A model generated the notes under the pieces. The model ran no database searches. It saw nothing but the letters and a program-made list of their open reading frames with translations, and was not told the origin of the DNA. From an uncultured Chloroflexia bacterium (GTDB taxonomy: Bacteria > Chloroflexota > Limnocylindria > Limnocylindrales > CSP1-4), in NCBI GenBank assembly GCA_963712745.1, contig CAVQJC010000001.1, positions 160,001 to 224,000 on the forward strand: a stretch of DNA of 64,000 nucleotides. Reading direction: 5' to 3'. A program made the translations under genes and the position numbers. This document shows positions 19,982-30,147 of the stretch, one piece after another; position 1 is the stretch's first letter, and each line of letters opens with the position of its first letter.

Positions 19982-21510
19982 GCGGCCTCCCCGAGCGTGC
20001 CAGTGGTAGTCACCGCGAGCAGGGTCTCACGGTCGATCGATGTAGCGGGCAGGACGGCGACCGGGCCACCGCCATGCATGATGAGGACTCGATCGGACAG
20101 CAACAGCAGTTCGTCGAGGTCGTCGGAGATGACGACCACGGCGACGCCTTCGCGCGTCACCGTGCGGATGTGCTCGTACTGCTCGGCCTTGGCGCCGACA
20201 TCGACACCAGCGGTGGGCTGGTCAAGGATGAGTACACGCGCCCCGGCCCCGAAGGCACGCGCCATCAGCACCTTCTGCTGGTTGCCGCCAGATAGGGTCT
20301 GCACCGTACGATCGGGGTCGCTGGGCGTGATCCGCAGCCGGTCGATGAGGCCGCGAACCAGCTGTGAGCGCGCCGCGCGGCGCACGAATCCGTAGCGAGT
20401 CAGGCTAAGGCCCAGCGCGGTGAGCGAGACGTTGCGGCCGATAGACGAAGGCAGCACCAAGCCGTCCCGTCGCCGGTCCTCCGGCAGCATGACGACACCG
20501 GCCCTGGCCGCCTCACCCGGTGAGCGGGCGGCCATCTCCTGGCCCGCGACCTTGATGTGCCCGGTCCAGGGCGCGGCGCCGACGATGGCACGCGCCAGCC
20601 GGCTGCGGCCCGAACCCACGAGGCCGGCCACACCGACAACCTCGCCCGGGGCCAGGTCCAGTGAGATCGGGGGTCGCCCCACGACCGAGACGTCCTGCAG
20701 CTCCAGGGCGGGCACCTCCGAGGTCGCCACCTCCGTCGTGCTGCGCTTGGTCACCGCGACCTCGGAGCCGACGAGCAGCGAAGCGAGACTGGCCAGGTCG
20801 AGCAAATCCGTGGGCTGCGAGGCCACCACATCACCGTCGCGGAGCACGGTCACCACGTCGGCGACGGCGAAGACCTCCTCGAGGAAGTGGCTGATGTAGA
20901 CGAGACCGACACCACGTTCACGCAGCTGACGCATGGCATCGAAGAGGCGATCGCGCTCGGCCGGTGAGAGGCGGGCGGTGGGCTCATCCATGACCAGGAT
21001 GCGCGCGTCGCGCGACAGCGCCTTGACGATCTCCGTGAGCTGCTGATCAGCCACGCCCAGCCTGCGGACGGGCTCATCCATGGGCAGCGCGATGCCCTGG
21101 GCCGCTGCCTCTGCTTCCGAGCGACGGCGCAGCGAGCGACGGTCGATGAGGCCGCGCGCGCCCAGCTCGGGTTCTCGCCCCAGGCCGATGTTCTCGGCCA
21201 CGGAGAGCTCCGGAACGAGAGAGAAGTCCTGGTAGATGACGGCCACACCGGCAGCGAGCGCGGCATGCGGCGACGACAGGTCCACCTCGGTGCCGTCGAT
21301 GGCGACTGATCCCGTGTAGTCCGGGTAGACGCCACCGAGCACCTTCATCAGCGTCGACTTGCCGGCGCCGTTCTGCCCGACAAGGGCGTGGATCTGCCCC
21401 CGCTCGAGCGTGAAATCGACCCCGTGGAGGACCTCGCCGGCAGCGAACCGCTTGCGCACCTGACGCATGGCGAGGAGCGGTGCAGCGGCTTCAGTCACAG
21501 GGTTCCCCAC
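19978..21510 (-). CDS. Monosaccharide ABC ATP-binding protein (RbsA-like)
   Basis: GQNGAGKSTL, MDEPTA, LSGGNQQKV; two ABC domains. Confidence 0.95.
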   Translation of the reverse strand: MGNPVTEAAAPLLAMRQVRKRFAAGEVLHGVDFTLERGQIHALVGQNGAGKSTLMKVLGGVYPDYTGSVAIDGTEVDLSSPHAALAAGVAVIYQDFSLVPELSVAENIGLGREPELGARGLIDRRSLRRRSEAEAAAQGIALPMDEPVRRLGVADQQLTEIVKALSRDARILVMDEPTARLSPAERDRLFDAMRQLRERGVGLVYISHFLEEVFAVADVVTVLRDGDVVASQPTDLLDLASLASLLVGSEVAVTKRSTTEVATSEVPALELQDVSVVGRPPISLDLAPGEVVGVAGLVGSGRSRLARAIVGAAPWTGHIKVAGQEMAARSPGEAARAGVVMLPEDRRRDGLVLPSSIGRNVSLTALGLSLTRYGFVRRAARSQLVRGLIDRLRITPSDPDRTVQTLSGGNQQKVLMARAFGAGARVLILDQPTAGVDVGAKAEQYEHIRTVTREGVAVVVISDDLDELLLLSDRVLIMHGGGPVAVLPATSIDRETLLAVTTTGTLGEAA

Positions 21511-21545
21511 GGGGTCGGGTCGCTAGGCTCTGCTACTCGAGCTGA

Positions 21546-22529
21546 TCAGCCACCCCACGCGGGCGGGAAGTCAGCCACGTTCTCCGCGGTGACGATGGGA
21601 AGCGGCAGGAACACGGTCGGGGTCGGGACCTCGTCCGCGCGTCCGGTCAGCACCAGGCAAGCCATATCGACGGCAGTGGTGCCCTGCGGATAGGGGTCCT
21701 GGTCCACGGTGCCGTAGATGTAGCCGGCTTCGATGCCGGTCTTCACGTCTGCCGGGTAGTCACCCATCATGAACAGGATCTCGTCGCGGCCGTTCTCATG
21801 CGCGAACTGCGCAGCGGTCGCACCCTCGGGACCCTGGTCGATGATGGCGTCGATCTCGCCGGCGCCGTACTTGTTGAGCCAGTCCTGGGTGATGGCGAGG
21901 GCGGCAGCGTTGTCCCAGTCGGCCGACTGCGTCTCGATGATCTCGATGTTGTCGACGTCCTGGAGGGCATCCATGAGTCCGTCCTCGCGCAGGATCTGTG
22001 CGGACACACCAAGGTGACCCATGATGTAGCCGACCTTGCCGCCGTCGGGCAGCGCGGCCTTCAGCATCTCGCCCTGCATCTGGCCGAACTCGAAGTCGTT
22101 GGCTCCGACGTAGGTGACGGTCTCGGCGCCATCGCCGACGGTGCTGTTGACCTCGATGACCGGGATGCCGGCCTCGTTGGCCTGCAGGATGACCGGGACG
22201 ATGCCCTCGGCGTCGCTGGGTGACACCAGGATGGCGTCCACGCCCTCGGAGATGAACTGCTGGATGACCGCGACCTCGGTGCCGATGTCGCCGTTGCCGT
22301 TGCGAACCTCGACGGTGATGCCGTGTTTCGCGCCCTGCTCCTGCTCACCGGCGATGAGGTTGGAGTAGAACGGGACCGAGGTGTTCCAAATCATCGATCC
22401 GATGGTGTACTCGGCGTCACCGACGTCGCACATCACCTCGGTGGAATCCTGCGCGGCGGCGGGCAGGCCGACCAGCATCAAACCGGCGGCCACTACAGCG
22501 GCGCCCTTCAGGTGGCTGGACCTTCTCAT
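21546..22529 (-). CDS. Monosaccharide ABC substrate-binding protein (RbsB-like)
   Basis: Signal peptide, GVDAILVSP, AGIPVI, TVDQDP. Confidence 0.93.
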   Translation of the reverse strand: MRRSSHLKGAAVVAAGLMLVGLPAAAQDSTEVMCDVGDAEYTIGSMIWNTSVPFYSNLIAGEQEQGAKHGITVEVRNGNGDIGTEVAVIQQFISEGVDAILVSPSDAEGIVPVILQANEAGIPVIEVNSTVGDGAETVTYVGANDFEFGQMQGEMLKAALPDGGKVGYIMGHLGVSAQILREDGLMDALQDVDNIEIIETQSADWDNAAALAITQDWLNKYGAGEIDAIIDQGPEGATAAQFAHENGRDEILFMMGDYPADVKTGIEAGYIYGTVDQDPYPQGTTAVDMACLVLTGRADEVPTPTVFLPLPIVTAENVADFPPAWGG

Positions 22530-22588
22530 CTTGTCGATCCTCCTATGTGCCCCGCGCCCGGTTGCTCCGGGCCGAATCGGTGCCTTGG

Positions 22589-23584
22589 TCAGGTGCTGCC
22601 GGCGCGCTTGCGCTGGTAGCTGTCGAGGCCGACCGCGATGATGATCACCAGACCCGTGATCGCGGGCTGCCAGAACGGGGAAACGCTGAAGAGGTTGAGT
22701 CCGTTGGCCACGACACCGAGCAGCAACGTGCCTAGCACCGCGGCGCTGACGCCACCGACCCCACCGGTCAATGGCACGCCACCGACGACCACCGCAGCGA
22801 TCGCGGCCAGGGGCCAGGCCTCCGCGGTGGCCGGCTGGCCGATGTTGGTCTGGCCCAGAAGGACCAGGCCGGCGATGGCAGCGAACAGACTGCCGATGCC
22901 GTAGGTGGCGATGGTGACGCGGTCGACGTTGACGCCGGCCAACCAGCTGGCATCGCGGCTGCCACCGACCGAGTAGATGTGCTGGCCGAAGGTGGTACGT
23001 CGCAGGATCAGCCAGGTGACCGCGATGACCACGCCGTAGATGACCACCGCGACCGGCACCGGGCCGATCTTGCCAAGACCCACCCAGGTGAACCCGGGGG
23101 GCAATCCGTACACGGGTCGAGCATCGGTGGCCACGAACAGCAGGCCATAGATCAGCACCTGCGTGCCCAGCGTGGCCACGAACGGGTTGATGCCTATCTT
23201 GGCGATGAGCGAGCCGTTGAGGATGCCCACGCCGAGGCCACAGGCGACGGCGGCGACGAGGCCGGGCACCAGGCCGAAGTTGATGATGGTGGCAGCAGCC
23301 ACCACACCGGACATGGCGCCGACCGCGCCGACCGAGAGGTCGAATCCGCCGACTACGATCATCAGCAACATGCCGCAGGCGACGATGCCGATGATGGAGT
23401 TCTGCTGCAGGATGTTGATGAGGTTCTGCGGCGAGCGGAAGTCCTCGTTGGTGATGAGCAGGACGCCCACGAGGATGGCGAAGATGGCCGCCATGCCATA
23501 GCGCGAGAGGAACTCGGCGCGTGTCATGCGCCGCACCTGGGGAATGAGCGGCGAGGCCGCCGGCACCGGTGTCTCAGCTGACAT
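22589..23584 (-). CDS. Monosaccharide ABC permease (RbsC-like)
   Basis: GGFDLSVGA, INPFVATL, AIAAVVVGG. Confidence 0.94.
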   Translation of the reverse strand: MSAETPVPAASPLIPQVRRMTRAEFLSRYGMAAIFAILVGVLLITNEDFRSPQNLINILQQNSIIGIVACGMLLMIVVGGFDLSVGAVGAMSGVVAAATIINFGLVPGLVAAVACGLGVGILNGSLIAKIGINPFVATLGTQVLIYGLLFVATDARPVYGLPPGFTWVGLGKIGPVPVAVVIYGVVIAVTWLILRRTTFGQHIYSVGGSRDASWLAGVNVDRVTIATYGIGSLFAAIAGLVLLGQTNIGQPATAEAWPLAAIAAVVVGGVPLTGGVGGVSAAVLGTLLLGVVANGLNLFSVSPFWQPAITGLVIIIAVGLDSYQRKRAGST

Positions 23585-24789
23585 GGGCGGTCACCGGGGG
23601 CGGCATGGGTCGGCGGGACTGGATCTGGGGTGTGGCCTGCTGACGATCCAGCCACAGCGCTGTGGCGATGGCGCCGAGCACGGTCGGCACGGGACCCAGC
23701 TGCGAGACCGCCAATCGCGGCCGCCAGGGGATGTGGCGCGCCATGGAGGCGCTGAGGCGATCGAGATAAGGCTCCAGCGAACGACCCACACCGCCGTCGA
23801 TGATGATCAGCTCCGGGTCCGCGGTCGCGGTCATGGCGATCAGGGCCATGGCCAAGCCGTCGAGGACTTCCTCCACCACCAGCACTGCCACGCGGTCTCC
23901 GGTCAGCGCGGCGGTGAGCACGTCGCGGCTGGAGACGGAGTCGATATCCAGGTCACTGCCCGATGCGTCAGCCGCCAGCAGCTCGCGGGCGCGTGCGGCG
24001 ATGCCGGGGCCAGAGATGATCCGCTCCACGCCACCCAGCTGGTCGGCATGTGGCTCGCTCAACTGGGAGGGGCTGGTGATGAGGTAGCCCAGCTCGCCGG
24101 CCCCGTTGTTGCGACCGCGCACGAGCTCTCCGTTGGCGACGACCGCGCCGCCGACTCCGGTTCCCAGCGACAGAGTGGCGAAATCGGACAGGCCGCGTCC
24201 CAGCCCACGCCATGCCTGGGCCATGGCCGCGAGCTTGACGTCGTTGTCCACCCGGAAGGGCACGTCCAGCGTGCGCTTGAGCTCATCGACGATGGCGAAG
24301 TCGTGCCAGTGGACGTTGGGGCCACCCAGCACCACGCCGGTGGGATCGATGATGGCGGGCACGCCGATGGCGGCCGCGACGAGGGGCGTGGTGGCGGCCT
24401 CGGTCAGGTGCTCGATGGAGGCGATGAGGGTCTCGTACGGGGTACCGTCCTGCGCCGTCGGCCGCACGTCCTCGATGAGCATCGCACCGGAGAGGTCAGC
24501 CAGAGCCCCGTGGCACTTGGTGCCGCCGAGGTCGATGGCGAGCACGCAGCCGGCACGCTCGTTGAGGTGCAGGCGGCCAGCCGGGCGCCCCCTGCCCGCT
24601 GCGGCACTACTCGAATTCGGTGACCAGGCCTGAGCGGAGCAGGCGCGCGGTGATGCGACTGACACTGGCTGCGGAGAGACCCAGCTCACGCGAGATCGCC
24701 GACCGCGACGCGCCGTCGTGGTCACGGACGTAGTCGAGCACGAGGGACTCGTTCAGCGCGCCCGTCGTTGCCTGTCGCAGCGCTGTCAT
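23574..24789 (-). pseudogene. ROK-family repressor (NagC/XylR-like), frameshifted near 24610
   Basis: HTH SRSAISRELGLSAASVSRITARL (ORF 24607-24789) and the ROK domain (GRP.., IDLGGT, DNDVK, GTGVGG) are in different frames. Confidence 0.87.
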
Positions 24790-24889
24790 CCATTTCCTTT
24801 CGAGGTGGACAGAAAAATCATACGGGACGCGTCAAGCGGGCTTGCTGCCGCGTGTTGACAGAACAACTGGAACAGGACCGGGCCCTCGA

Positions 24890-25048
24890 AACCATCGGAC
24901 GCGACCATCGTCGTGACCAGCGGGGACTCCTTATCGCATGAAGGAGGCGCGAGCCCGAGGAGGTGGGCTACTGCCGACGGCCTGAAACCTCCTCTGGGAG
25001 TAGGGACTTCTCGTGGCCACAGGTGGGGACTTCTACTTGGCCATTGAC
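24890..25048 (+). mobile_element. istB: IS21-family remnant: istB 3' end and right terminal repeat
   Basis: ATIVVTSGDS/YRMKEAR resembles the IstB C-terminus. The terminal sequence GGGACTTCTCGTGGCCACAGGTGGGGACTTCTACTTGGCCATTGACA has internal repeats and a TGTCAA end. Confidence 0.8.
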
Positions 25049-25373
25049 AGGTGTTGGAGGTCGGCCTGTTTGTGCGGTCCGTTTCACGCATCCGCAAGTT
25101 GCACCCGAGGTATCGTTTCGAGCCCTGGCCTGGCAGTCACGCTCGCGGTCGCACTCCTCCTGGTTGGGCATCTGGATGAGGCGGGGCTGCTGCACGGTAT
25201 AGGCACCGCGTTGCCCGAAGACCTCGAAGAGGCTGGTTCGGCCGGTATCGACGACGTGCTCGATACCGCAGTCGCCGGATAGAGCGCCTACCGGATCGCC
25301 TCGGGCGAAGCCGGGTCGTTCCCCACGACCGGAGTGCGGCAGGCGTGCAGGAGCCTCGGCGAGCGGATATGCG

Positions 25374-26558
25374 CTACGTTGCCACGACCCCCTTCCACTC
25401 ATCGATGAGGGCGTCGACGTTCGCCTGAGCCTTCGGCTCATCACTGCGGACGTTATCGACAGGAGACAAGATGAATCCGGTCGGCCCGAGCGCCGCGACG
25501 GCTTCTCTGACTTCGGCTCGCACATCCTCCGGTACTCCCTGCTCAACGGTGAGGTGTCCGTTCACGCCGCCCCACAGCGCGACGTGACCGCCAAGCTGCA
25601 GTTTGGCCTCCTCTAGGTCCCACTCGCGTGGGTCAACACCGATCAAGACGTCCACGCCCACGTCCTTGAGTAGCGGCAGGATGGGCATGCAGTTGGACGT
25701 GATGATGTAGCCGAACATGGCCCCTCGGCTGTGTGCAAGTTCGACATCGGAGCGGGTGTTCGGCAGGACGAACTCTTCCCACGTGGTGGGAGTCCAGAAG
25801 TCGAGGTTCTCGTACCAGGCGCGCTTGATGTACAGGTCGATCCCGGCGTCGAGCACCACCTTCATCCTCTCGGAGTTCCATCGGCCGACGAGATCAACGA
25901 GCTCCCGAACGAGTCCGGGTCGCTCATAGACCGCGTACACAAGGTTCTCGAGCCCGAACACCCAGCAGAGTAGGTCGACGCCGACCCCCCAGCCGCCGGC
26001 GACAAGGAGGTCGCGCGCACGGGCTAGGTCGAGGACGGGCTCGCTAGCTCGCCGGAACTCCGTCACCTCGTCGGGCGTCGGCGGGACGAGTAGGTACCGC
26101 AGCGCATCAAGGTCCTCGTGCCGCTCGATCAGGAACTTGCGTGACCGCGGTTCGATGTGGTCGTCGAGGAACGGAACGTGGTCGCCCCACCGCCAGTCGG
26201 GCGTACGCCACACCTCAGCACGAAGGGACCCAGCAGGGGTGACGTATTCCTTGACCAAGAGTGGATATCGCTGCTTCGGGTCCCGCTCGACGTACTCGCG
26301 AACGCGAACACGCGGGTCGTATGTGACGGGTAGCCCATGAAGGTTGTGGTAGTCGGTCTCTACCCTGGGGGGTCGGGGTGGCAGCTGGACGAACGAGTCG
26401 AGTCCCATGTCGAGTTGCAGCTCGATGAACTCCTCGTAGCTTGCGCAACGCTCCTTGAGCCCGCCATGGATCATGAATGCGCAAGGGATGTGATCGACAT
26501 CGCCATGAGACATCGCCGCGATCATCCGCTGCCGGGAGGACATGTGTTGGTGGGGCAT
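25374..26558 (-). CDS. Uroporphyrinogen-decarboxylase/MtaA-superfamily protein
   Basis: MSSRQRMIAAM..DHIP, TPAGSL, FGLENL, LWGGVN, GFILSP. Lacks the HxC zinc motif. Confidence 0.8.
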   Translation of the reverse strand: MPHQHMSSRQRMIAAMSHGDVDHIPCAFMIHGGLKERCASYEEFIELQLDMGLDSFVQLPPRPPRVETDYHNLHGLPVTYDPRVRVREYVERDPKQRYPLLVKEYVTPAGSLRAEVWRTPDWRWGDHVPFLDDHIEPRSRKFLIERHEDLDALRYLLVPPTPDEVTEFRRASEPVLDLARARDLLVAGGWGVGVDLLCWVFGLENLVYAVYERPGLVRELVDLVGRWNSERMKVVLDAGIDLYIKRAWYENLDFWTPTTWEEFVLPNTRSDVELAHSRGAMFGYIITSNCMPILPLLKDVGVDVLIGVDPREWDLEEAKLQLGGHVALWGGVNGHLTVEQGVPEDVRAEVREAVAALGPTGFILSPVDNVRSDEPKAQANVDALIDEWKGVVAT

Positions 26559-26614
26559 GAGGAACGCTCCTTGGGGTGCACGGGCGAGTCGGTGAGTGAC
26601 TCCGGATAGGGTGT

Positions 26615-26785
26615 TCATCGGTCGTTGCCTCCGACATCGATGACGCTGTGCCAGGCGGCTGCACCCGCCAATGCGACGTCATCGGCCAAGGCCGCGACCC
26701 GGACATCGATGGGCAGGCCGTCGCCGCGTCGCCGCGCCTCGACGAAGTCGCGCTCGATCTCTTCCAGCGATCGCCTACCAGCCAT
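26615..26785 (-). pseudogene. Chimeric remnant: AbiEii-like toxin N-terminus fused to a ROK-protein C-terminus
   Basis: MAGRRSLEEIERDFV (resembles the AbiEii 'EKDY' N-terminal motif) is joined to IDVRVAALADDVALAGAA (ROK tail). Confidence 0.5.
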
Positions 26786-26795
26786 AGACCCGCCA

Positions 26796-27515
26796 TCAGG
26801 TGGAGTACGGTCCACGTCGACCAGGCGTCAGCTCCGTCCGGGCAACAGGAGCGAAGGTCTCGAGCGCTCGGGGCATAGGGAGTCGCGCCTCCTCGATGAG
26901 ATAGCCCAGCCGCGCCGCCGCCGCCTTGCTGCGCAGCAGCGCCGCTTCAGCGGCTGTCTCGACATCCCGGGGTGCCGGCTGCACCAGCACCTCGGGGAGC
27001 AGCGTACGGTGGGTCATCCACTCGGGTTGTGCGAGCCCATCGACCAGGGCCTGCGCGGGGGTCGCCAGTGAGACCTTGTAGCCGTCGCGCAACGTCGTGT
27101 TGAACCCGGCCCTCGCGAGCCTGCTCGTTGCCATCCAGACCGCTCGAATCGTGGCGCGCCCGACCGTGACCGACTTGGTCTTCTTCCGGACGACGACCGT
27201 GATGACCGGCACTGGCTGGTCGATCAGTCCCTCCGCCTCCAAGGCAGCGTCCGTCGTGATGTAGTGCACCGCGTCTCTGAAGATGGCATCGGCGACCACG
27301 AGTGACGGTGGTTCTCGGGACGGATCGACCACCTGCCACAGACCACGGGCGAGCTGCCTGACCCTACCGGCCTCAGCTAGCCGCCGCAGGCACGTGGTGT
27401 TCTCGTAGCCCGGTGGCAGCAGCTGCGAGCGAACCTCGAGCCAAGTCGCGGAACTCGTGTCGATCACAGGGATTCGCTGACGCAGATACCAATCCGGAAC
27501 GTCGGCGCAGCTCAC
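26796..27515 (-). CDS. Type IV toxin-antitoxin AbiEi-family antitoxin
   Basis: LRRLAEAGRVRQLARGLW, YITTDAALEAEGLIDQ, ATPAQALVD, ARLGYL. Possible premature TGA before WRVYGW. Confidence 0.78.
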   Translation of the reverse strand: MSCADVPDWYLRQRIPVIDTSSATWLEVRSQLLPPGYENTTCLRRLAEAGRVRQLARGLWQVVDPSREPPSLVVADAIFRDAVHYITTDAALEAEGLIDQPVPVITVVVRKKTKSVTVGRATIRAVWMATSRLARAGFNTTLRDGYKVSLATPAQALVDGLAQPEWMTHRTLLPEVLVQPAPRDVETAAEAALLRSKAAAARLGYLIEEARLPMPRALETFAPVARTELTPGRRGPYST

Positions 27516-27547
27516 GACAAGGCCTATCTAGGGTGTCCTATTCCTCT

Positions 27548-27571
27548 TAACCGTACAGATTCGTACGGTTA
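27548..27571. promoter_or_regulatory. Inverted repeat upstream of abiEi (putative autoregulatory operator)
   Basis: TAACCGTAC-N6-GTACGGTTA. Confidence 0.6.
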
Positions 27572-27600
27572 CTGACGACAGACTACCCTGGACAGCGTCT

Positions 27601-27630
27601 GCACCGACAGCCACTCGGCTAGCAGCCGGC
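27601..27630 (+). repeat. Short degenerate tRNA-Asn anticodon-arm (att-like) site
   Basis: GCACCGACAGCCACTCGGCTAGCAGCCGGC versus tRNA antisense GAACCTACGACCAATCGGTTAACAGCCGAC, about 22/30 ungapped. Confidence 0.5.
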
Positions 27631-27815
27631 TTGTTTGACGATCTTCCTGCGCACCAACACCCGACGGCCTGTCAAGCGGCCGGGACAGGCGTGTGCACCA
27701 AGGACGGTTGGCAAGTCCGCCTTCGGGGCGGGACTCCGCGGCGGACAGGCGAGGCGGCTCCTGCGTCCGGGCGGGCCACGGAAGTACGCCGGCGCGTCTC
27801 GCCGACCGAAGCTCG

Positions 27816-27864
27816 TGTCTCATAACATTGACATAACGCGATGTTGTGTCTAATCTATGAGACA
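27816..27864 (+). promoter_or_regulatory. hipBA promoter (TTGACA-N17-TAATCT) framed by an inverted repeat; probably leaderless
   Basis: -35 at 27828-27833, -10 at 27851-27856, IR TGTCTCATA/TATGAGACA, ATG at 27864. Confidence 0.75.
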
Positions 27865-28169
27865 TGAAGAAGTCGAAGCCACTCTACCCACGGCAACAGC
27901 GCGCGGCTTCAGAACTGGGCGCGCGGCTTCGACTTGCCCGAGAGCGCCGACGTATGCCCGCAGCGGAGCTCGCGGAGCGCGCCGACACCTCTCGGATGAC
28001 GATCTACCGCCTCGAGCACGGCGACACGAGTGTCAGCCTCGGCGTGCTCGTGCGGGTGCTTGGCGTTCTCGGGCTGGTCGACGACCTCGGTGCAGTCGCC
28101 CGGGACGACGTCCTCGGCCGCCAGCTTCAGGACGCCGCCCTGCCGCGTCCCTCGCGGTCGTTGCGCTGA
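27864..28169 (+). CDS. hipB: XRE-family HTH antitoxin (HipB-like)
   Basis: LGARLRLARERRRM..ELAERADTSRMTIYRLEHGD. Coupled to the downstream hipA by TGATG. Confidence 0.87.
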   Translation: MKKSKPLYPRQQRAASELGARLRLARERRRMPAAELAERADTSRMTIYRLEHGDTSVSLGVLVRVLGVLGLVDDLGAVARDDVLGRQLQDAALPRPSRSLR

Positions 28170-29425
28170 TGTCGAGGCTGGAGGCTGCCACCGTCTTCCT
28201 CGACGCACACGACCTCGGTCCGTGCCGCGTGGTCGGCACACTCCGGCCCGCCGGCCGTGCGCCCGACAGCCCGATCGGCTTCGTCTACGCCGCGGAATGG
28301 TGGTCCGAGCCCGCCGCGTTCCGGCTCGACCCGAGCCACTACGAACAGACCGTACAGCCGCAGTATCCGGAGCCGGGTCACGGACTCGCGCCCGTGTTCT
28401 CCGACGCCTCGCCTGACCGATGGGGGCGACTCCTGCTCGACTACCGGGAGCAGGACCGGGCAAGGGCAGAGGGTCGACGGCCCCGGCCGCTCGGCGAGTG
28501 GGACTATCTGCTCGGCGTCAACGATGAGCTTCGCATGGGCGCGCTGCGCTTTGCCGCGCCAGCAGCAGGTTCTCCGTTCCTCGACGACGGCCCGGGCTCC
28601 GTCCCGCCGCTCGCGGACCTTCGGGAGCTGGAACAGGCAGCTCGGATCGTCGACGACCCGGGTCATGATGATCCGTCCGCCATCCGCGACGCACTGCGGC
28701 CTCTTCTCGCCCCCGGCAGCCCGATGGGTGGTGCCCGTCCCAAGGCGAACTTCCTTGATCCTGCAGGCGCGCTGTGGTTCGCGAAGTTCCCATCGCACAA
28801 CGACCGCAGAGACATGGGCGGATGGGAATACGTCCTTAATCGCCTCGCTGCAGATGCGGGAATCGACGTCCCGGAGGTCGACCTTCGGATGTTGTCCGGG
28901 CCGTACAACACGTTCCTCGCGCGTCGCTTCGACCGAGAGGGGAACGGCCGACGTCTGTTCGCGTCGGCCATGACGATGCTCGGCAAGCGGGACCGTGAGC
29001 CATCTTCCTACGCCGAGATCGCCGAGGCCATCGACCTGAACGGGGCAACCGGTCACATCGAAGAGGATCTCGCCCAGCTGTTCCGCCGGCTCGTGTTCAA
29101 CATCGTGACCGGTCATCGCGATGACCATCTGCGCAATCACGGATTCTTGCGGGCCCCTGCCGGATGGCGTCTGGCTCCCGCCTATGACCTCAACCCGATG
29201 CCCGAGATGTCGCAACACGAAGTGGCTGTCGGGCTTGCGACCAAGGGCCCCGATGTCGAGGTTGCCGTCAGCGAGACCGCGCCGTTCTGCCGGCTGACCC
29301 CGGCCGCGGCTCGCGACATCGTGAGCGAGGTCCGTTCCGCGGTTGCAGAGTGGCGATCGGTCGCGCGCGAGGTGGGCCTGTCCCGCATGGACATCGAGGC
29401 GGTGTCGCCGGCATTCGACGAGTGA
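28169..29425 (+). CDS. hipA: HipA-family Ser/Thr kinase toxin
   Basis: SPDRWGR, GSPMGGARPKA, AKFPS, RRFDR, DDHLRNHGF, LAPAYDLNP. Confidence 0.95.
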   Translation: MSRLEAATVFLDAHDLGPCRVVGTLRPAGRAPDSPIGFVYAAEWWSEPAAFRLDPSHYEQTVQPQYPEPGHGLAPVFSDASPDRWGRLLLDYREQDRARAEGRRPRPLGEWDYLLGVNDELRMGALRFAAPAAGSPFLDDGPGSVPPLADLRELEQAARIVDDPGHDDPSAIRDALRPLLAPGSPMGGARPKANFLDPAGALWFAKFPSHNDRRDMGGWEYVLNRLAADAGIDVPEVDLRMLSGPYNTFLARRFDREGNGRRLFASAMTMLGKRDREPSSYAEIAEAIDLNGATGHIEEDLAQLFRRLVFNIVTGHRDDHLRNHGFLRAPAGWRLAPAYDLNPMPEMSQHEVAVGLATKGPDVEVAVSETAPFCRLTPAAARDIVSEVRSAVAEWRSVAREVGLSRMDIEAVSPAFDE

Positions 29426-29578
29426 GAGGCCCAAGGCGTCGTGCCGCAACCGCGACGACCGTCCTTGTCGCACATGGGGACAGGTCGAGCACGAACCCGG
29501 GTCAAGTCCAGCAGGTTGTGTAACGGCGACGTGGCATGTCCTGGGACTTGACCTCGACGTCCTCGACCAGTGGGCGAC

Positions 29579-29718
29579 CAGTCAGGCACGCAGTCAGTCA
29601 CGGAACCCGAAAACGCGGTCGTTCGGAGTCGGACGGAGTCGCCCACAGAGGGCATCCCACGAGGGAAAGGTGGCTCCGGCGGTAAGATCCGAACGTACGA
29701 CCGATCGGTTGACAGCCG
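29579..29718 (+). repeat. att-like unit C: arm + degenerate antisense tRNA-Asn 3' half
   Basis: 29579-29684 matches 56909-57014 at about 99/106 nt. 29671-29718 matches the tRNA antisense at about 43/48. Confidence 0.92.
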
Positions 29719-30147
29719 CTTGGCTCCGACAGTCCGACCAGGAGACACTTCCTTTCCTGAGGTGCACTCACGCCACGCATGAACGGCCAATGCGTGGCGT
29801 GTGAGCCCAGACCCATCAGCGCCTACTCGACCGCCTGAGCGCCGGACGGCCAGCGCTACTGGCTGACCAGGATGATGATCAACCGCTGTTGGCTTGACAG
29901 CGTGGAACCCCTGCGCCTCGTCAGCGACGGAGCGCAGCCGGCTCCGGACTGGGACGGTCCGCCGCGGGCACCGGGTGGCATCGGCACCTACGAGCCGGAC
30001 GGGAACGGCAAGTGGTGGCCGACCAGGCTGTCCTCGCGAGTGGCTTCGAGCCATGCAAGGCCTGTCGCCGACCGCGGTCTCACAGAAGCTGACGGGACTG
30101 TTCAGCGAGGTCGCAGGCGCCTACCGTCTGGGCGATGCCCGGTCCGT

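Noticed and set aside
24968-25546. 192-aa ORF next to the IS21 end
   Set aside because: It overlaps the URO-D gene and IS end off-frame and has no recognisable domain.
27857-29425. 522-aa HipA with a long N-terminal extension
   Set aside because: The extension overlaps hipB in another frame. TGATG coupling indicates a start at 28169.
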